A DNA stretch of 52,658 nt from NCBI GenBank assembly GCA_032718475.1, contig JAUCBJ010006048.1, positions 1-52,658 on the forward strand, given 5' to 3'. Under the pieces are notes generated by a model. The model saw nothing but the letters and a program-made list of their open reading frames with translations. It was not told the origin of the DNA and did no database searches. How positions within the stretch are numbered: the stretch's first letter is position 1; each line of letters opens with the position of its first letter. A program made the position numbers and the translations under genes. Origin of the DNA: Nemertoderma westbladi. Taxonomy: Eukaryota > Animalia > Xenacoelomorpha. Below are positions 48,491 through 52,658 of this stretch, piece by piece.

Positions 48491-51400
48491 GTGTCAAGTA
48501 TAATTGCAGTTATTCAAGTTACTTTTTTTACTCAGTTCATAAAGGTGTCAAGTACAATTGGTATAAAACATGTAATGCAAAATCTGACCTTTTTATTAAC
48601 ACCCTACCAAAACTACAATATATCCACTGTAACTAACTTGATTCGATTTTGGTCATACATATAGATAGACCAAGAGTATTTATTGTTGTAGTTAAGAGTT
48701 TTAGTACATCTATCTTTTTTGTGTTTCAGTCACACTTTCATGACTTTGTGAATAAATTGGGAAGCTCTAACTTCGTCCTTAAATAGCGAGGAATTCTTTA
48801 GTCCCTTTGTAACCAACTATAATATACAGTAGCTTTTCCACGAATGGAACCTTCCAGCCTTTACCATGCCAATTTATATATATTATTATATATAAATTCT
48901 TGTCTGACTGTGGACTTGTGTGACTTTGTTGACTGGTTTCTTATCGGGAGTAGCTGGGATAGCGCAGTGGTTTCACTCTCACTACGAGATAGCACTTGAG
49001 CGTGCCACCCACAGGAAGATATCCATATTTCCTTGAACAACACTGCCAGATTTTTATTTTTCGTACAGGATTCAATGATATGGATTCAATGGACAAGCTA
49101 TTGAACCACTAACCCTACAGTACCGAAATTATAAAACCGCAGGTTACGCACAATTAAAAAGTTAACGAATTAAGCAACCAGTCACAGTTCAGGTTTTAAT
49201 TATAACTATATTAGTTATTAATAAAATAAAAATTTTATTTTACCTTCCCACTAAGTCGATGTTTCTCTACATCTCAAGTTACTTTTTTTACTCAGTTCAT
49301 AAACGTGTCAAGTATAATGGCAATTATTCGAGTTACTTTTTTTACTCGGTTCATAAAGGGGTCAAGTGTAATTGCATTTATTCAAGTTACTTTTTTACTC
49401 AGTTCATAAAGGTGTCAAGTATAATTGCTTTGTTTCCAGTTACTTTTACTCAGTTCATAAGGGTGTCAAGTATAATTGCTTTACTTCCAGTTACTTTTAC
49501 TCAGTTCATAAAGGTATCAAGTATAATTGCAGTTATTCAAATTGCTTTTCTACTCAGTTCATAAAGGTGTCAAGTATAATTGCTTTACTAAAGTATAATT
49601 GCTTTACTTCCAGTTACTTTTACTCAGTTCATAAAGGTATCAAGTATAATTGCAGTTATTCAAGTTACGTTTTTTACTCAGTTCATAAAGGTGTCAAGTA
49701 TAATTGCAGTTATTCAAGTTACGTTTTTTACTCAGTTCATGAAGGTGTCAAGTATAATTGCAGTTATTTGAGTTACTTTTTTTACTCGGTTCATAAAGGG
49801 GTCAAGTATAATTGCAGTTATTCAAGTTACTTTTTTACTCAGTTCATAAAGGTATCAAGTATAATTGCTTTGTTTCCAGTTACTTTTACTCAGTTCATAA
49901 AGGTGTCAAGTATAATTGCTTTACTTCCAGTTATTTTTACTCAGCTCATAAAGGTATCAAGTATAATTGCAGTTATTCAAATTGCTTTTCTACTCAGTTC
50001 ATAAAGGTGTCAAGTATAATTGCTTTACTTCCAGTTACTTTTACTCAGTTCATAATGGTGTCAAGTATAATTGCAGTTATTCAAGTTACGTTTTTTACTC
50101 TGTTTATAAAGGTGTCAAGTATAATTGCTTTGTTTCCAGTTACTTTTACTCAGTTCATAAAGGTGACAAGTATAATTGCTTTACTCCAAGTTAATTTTAC
50201 TCAGTTCATAAAGGTATCAAGTATAATTGCAGTTATTCAAGTTACTTTTTTACTCAGTTCATAAAGGTGTCAAGTATAATTGCAGTTATTCAAGTTACTT
50301 TTTTACTCAGTTCATAAAGGTGTCAAGTATAATTGCTTTACTTCCAGTTACTTTTACTCAGTTCATAAAGGTATCAAGTATAATTGCAGTTATTCAAATT
50401 GCTTTTCTACTCAGTTCATAAAGGTGTCAAGTATAATTGGTATAAAACATGTAATGCAAAATCTAACCTTTTTATTAATGCCATACCAAAACTACAATGT
50501 ATCTGCTGTATCTAACTTGATTCGATTTTGGTCATACATATAGATAGACCAAGAGTATTTATTGTTGTTGTTAAGAGTTTTAGTACATCGTTCTTTGTTG
50601 TGTTTCAGTCACACTTTCGTGACTTTGTGAATAAGTTGGGAAGCTCCAACTTCGTCCTTAAATAGGGAGGAATTATTTAGTCCCTTTGTAACTAACTATA
50701 ATACACAGTAGCTTTTCCACGAATGGAACCTTCCAGCCTTTACCATGCCAATTTATATATATTGTTATATATAAATTCTTGTCGGACTGTGGACTTGTGT
50801 GACTTGGTTGACTGGTTTCTTATCGGGAGTACCTGGGATAGCGAAGTGGTTTCACTCTCACTACGAGATGGCACTTGAGCGTGCCACCCACAGGAAGATA
50901 TCCATATTTCCTTGAACAACACTGCCAGATTTTTGTTTTTCGTACAGGATTCAATGATATGGATTCAATGGACAAGCTATTGAACCACTAACCCTACAGT
51001 ACCGAAATTATAAAACCGTAGGTTACGCACAATTAAAAAGTTAACGAATTAATCAACCAGTCACAGTTCAGGTTTTAATTATAACTATATTAGTTATTAA
51101 TAAAATAAAAATTTTATTTTACCTTCCCACTAAGTCGATGTTTCTCTACATCTCAAGTTACTTTTTTTACTCAGTTCATAAACGTGTCAAGTATAATTGC
51201 AGTTATTCGAGTTCCTTTTTTTACTCGGTTCATAAAGGGGTCAAGTATAATTGCAGTTATTCAAGTTACTTTTTTACTCAGTTCATAAAGGTGACAAGTA
51301 TAATTGCTTTGTTTCCAGTTACTTTTACTCAGTTCATAAGGGTGTCAAGTATAATTGCTTTACTTCCAGTTACTTTTACTCAGTTCATAAAGGTATCAAG

Positions 51401-52658
51401 TATAATTGCAGTTATTCAAATTGCTTTTCTACTCAGTTCATAAAGGTGTAAAGTATAATTGCTTTACTTCCAGTTACTTGTACTCAGTTCATAAAGGTAT
51501 CAAGTATAATTGCAGTTATTCAAGTTACGTTTTTTACTCAGTTCATAAAGGTGTCAAGTATAATTGCAGTTATTCAAGTTATATTGATATAAGTTATTGA
51601 TATAAGTTATATTGATTATTGATATAACTGGAAAAATATGGCATCTCTTAATCTCAATTATCTAACATATGTTCTCATCCGGATTTTGATTCACGTAGCA
51701 AACTATATTTTAAACTCTTGCAGATGGTTGTATCACCTGAGGAATTGCCATCAAACGCAACTACTGTATCAGTACATCCAAAGATAATTCCAAAAATGTT
51801 ATCGACCAAATGAAGGTTAACTGGGCCAAGAAGGTTTTGTTTGAGTTCCGCCTGATTAGTGGAATCGAAAATATTCGCCAGGTAGGGAGAATGGTCAGAA
51901 ATGGTGTAAACACCACTCTGGCCTTTCTATACAAAAATTGTCAACAAAAGAAGGACTTATAAGTACTGTAATATAATGTTACAATATTAATTCAGGATAA
52001 TGTATTCTGTTACCCTTTATTTGAATTATTTATTGCATGTGCTCGTTAGTTATATTCAAATTAATATTCTGTACAGTAGAAGTTATAGAAAAATATAACC
52101 CTCCATGTTAGCTCTATATAAATTTTCCCTGGAATAATAATTCCTTGTTTTCAATATAAATTGGCTGAAACCCCAAATATTTCTTAATGAAGTTAAAAAA
52201 AACTGGCGCAACTATAACACTAAAATCACTTTAATACTTAAGCTAGCTTACTGTAGTTATGCATCACAAAGTCAATGGCGCAAAATGACTGCAAACATGT
52301 GTTTACTGTAGTGGTTTGAAAAATAGATTTAACTTAAACATATGCAGATCAAAAGTAGAAATGAAGTTTATTTCAGAGTAGCCGCAGAGTTGGGTGGGGA
52401 AGGGGGGGGGGGGGGGGGGGGGGTACCGGTAGTTAAAAATTGGTAAAGAAACCAAATATATAACTACCAGTACCAAACTTCATTAAAGTCTATTTTTCAG
52501 TGACCTAACATATTATACTGGAAGGGTATGACAAGAAAAGTATGAGACTATCACCTTTGCCAATATAGACTGTTCGGTTGAACATAAATTAATAAAATAA
52601 TATTATATTATTTAGGACAAAATGCTTTTAATATATTTCTCAATGGATAGCTTGACAT

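Larger units (their letters stand above)
39102..51581. repeat. 51-54 bp satellite, right domain (interrupted by hAT/piggyBac and spacers)
   Basis: Same monomers as 10581-22260. Confidence 0.97.

Noticed and set aside
10581-51581. CRISPR-like look of the 51-54 bp array (constant part plus variable part)
   Set aside because: The variable parts are a few recurring related variants, not unique spacers; no cas genes; eukaryotic TE context
10605-51600. Dozens of YSVHKGVKYNC / TQFIKVSSIIA ORFs
   Set aside because: By-products of 51/54-bp monomers; mostly non-ATG starts and constant frame switching

Overview
AT-rich eukaryotic (animal-like) heterochromatic DNA made almost entirely of nested repeats; no intact host gene, rRNA, tRNA or CRISPR-cas is supported. 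1-10.5 kb holds decayed transposons: an RTE-like LINE (APE+RT), a CR1/L2-type 3' end, a Sola-type transposase relic, a Penelope-like element with a candidate hammerhead ribozyme, and a TIR/microsatellite element. 10.6-51.6 kb is a 51-54 bp satellite arranged in kb-scale higher-order units with a ~715 bp spacer and four copies of a 1.2 kb hAT-type non-autonomous element; one copy holds a nearly intact 2.8 kb piggyBac. The main finding is a ~16.1 kb insertion (~22581-38704) that splits one spacer at its (TA)n tract. It has short gapped inverted ends (ATATTATA-N7-ATATGGCC), many ATATGGCC palindromes, a tyrosine-recombinase ORF between ~360 bp direct repeats, and its own 19, 185 and 87 bp tandem arrays. 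It is a candidate large, satellite-carrying, tyrosine-recombinase mobile element. Family names come from motif recognition by eye, not database searches.
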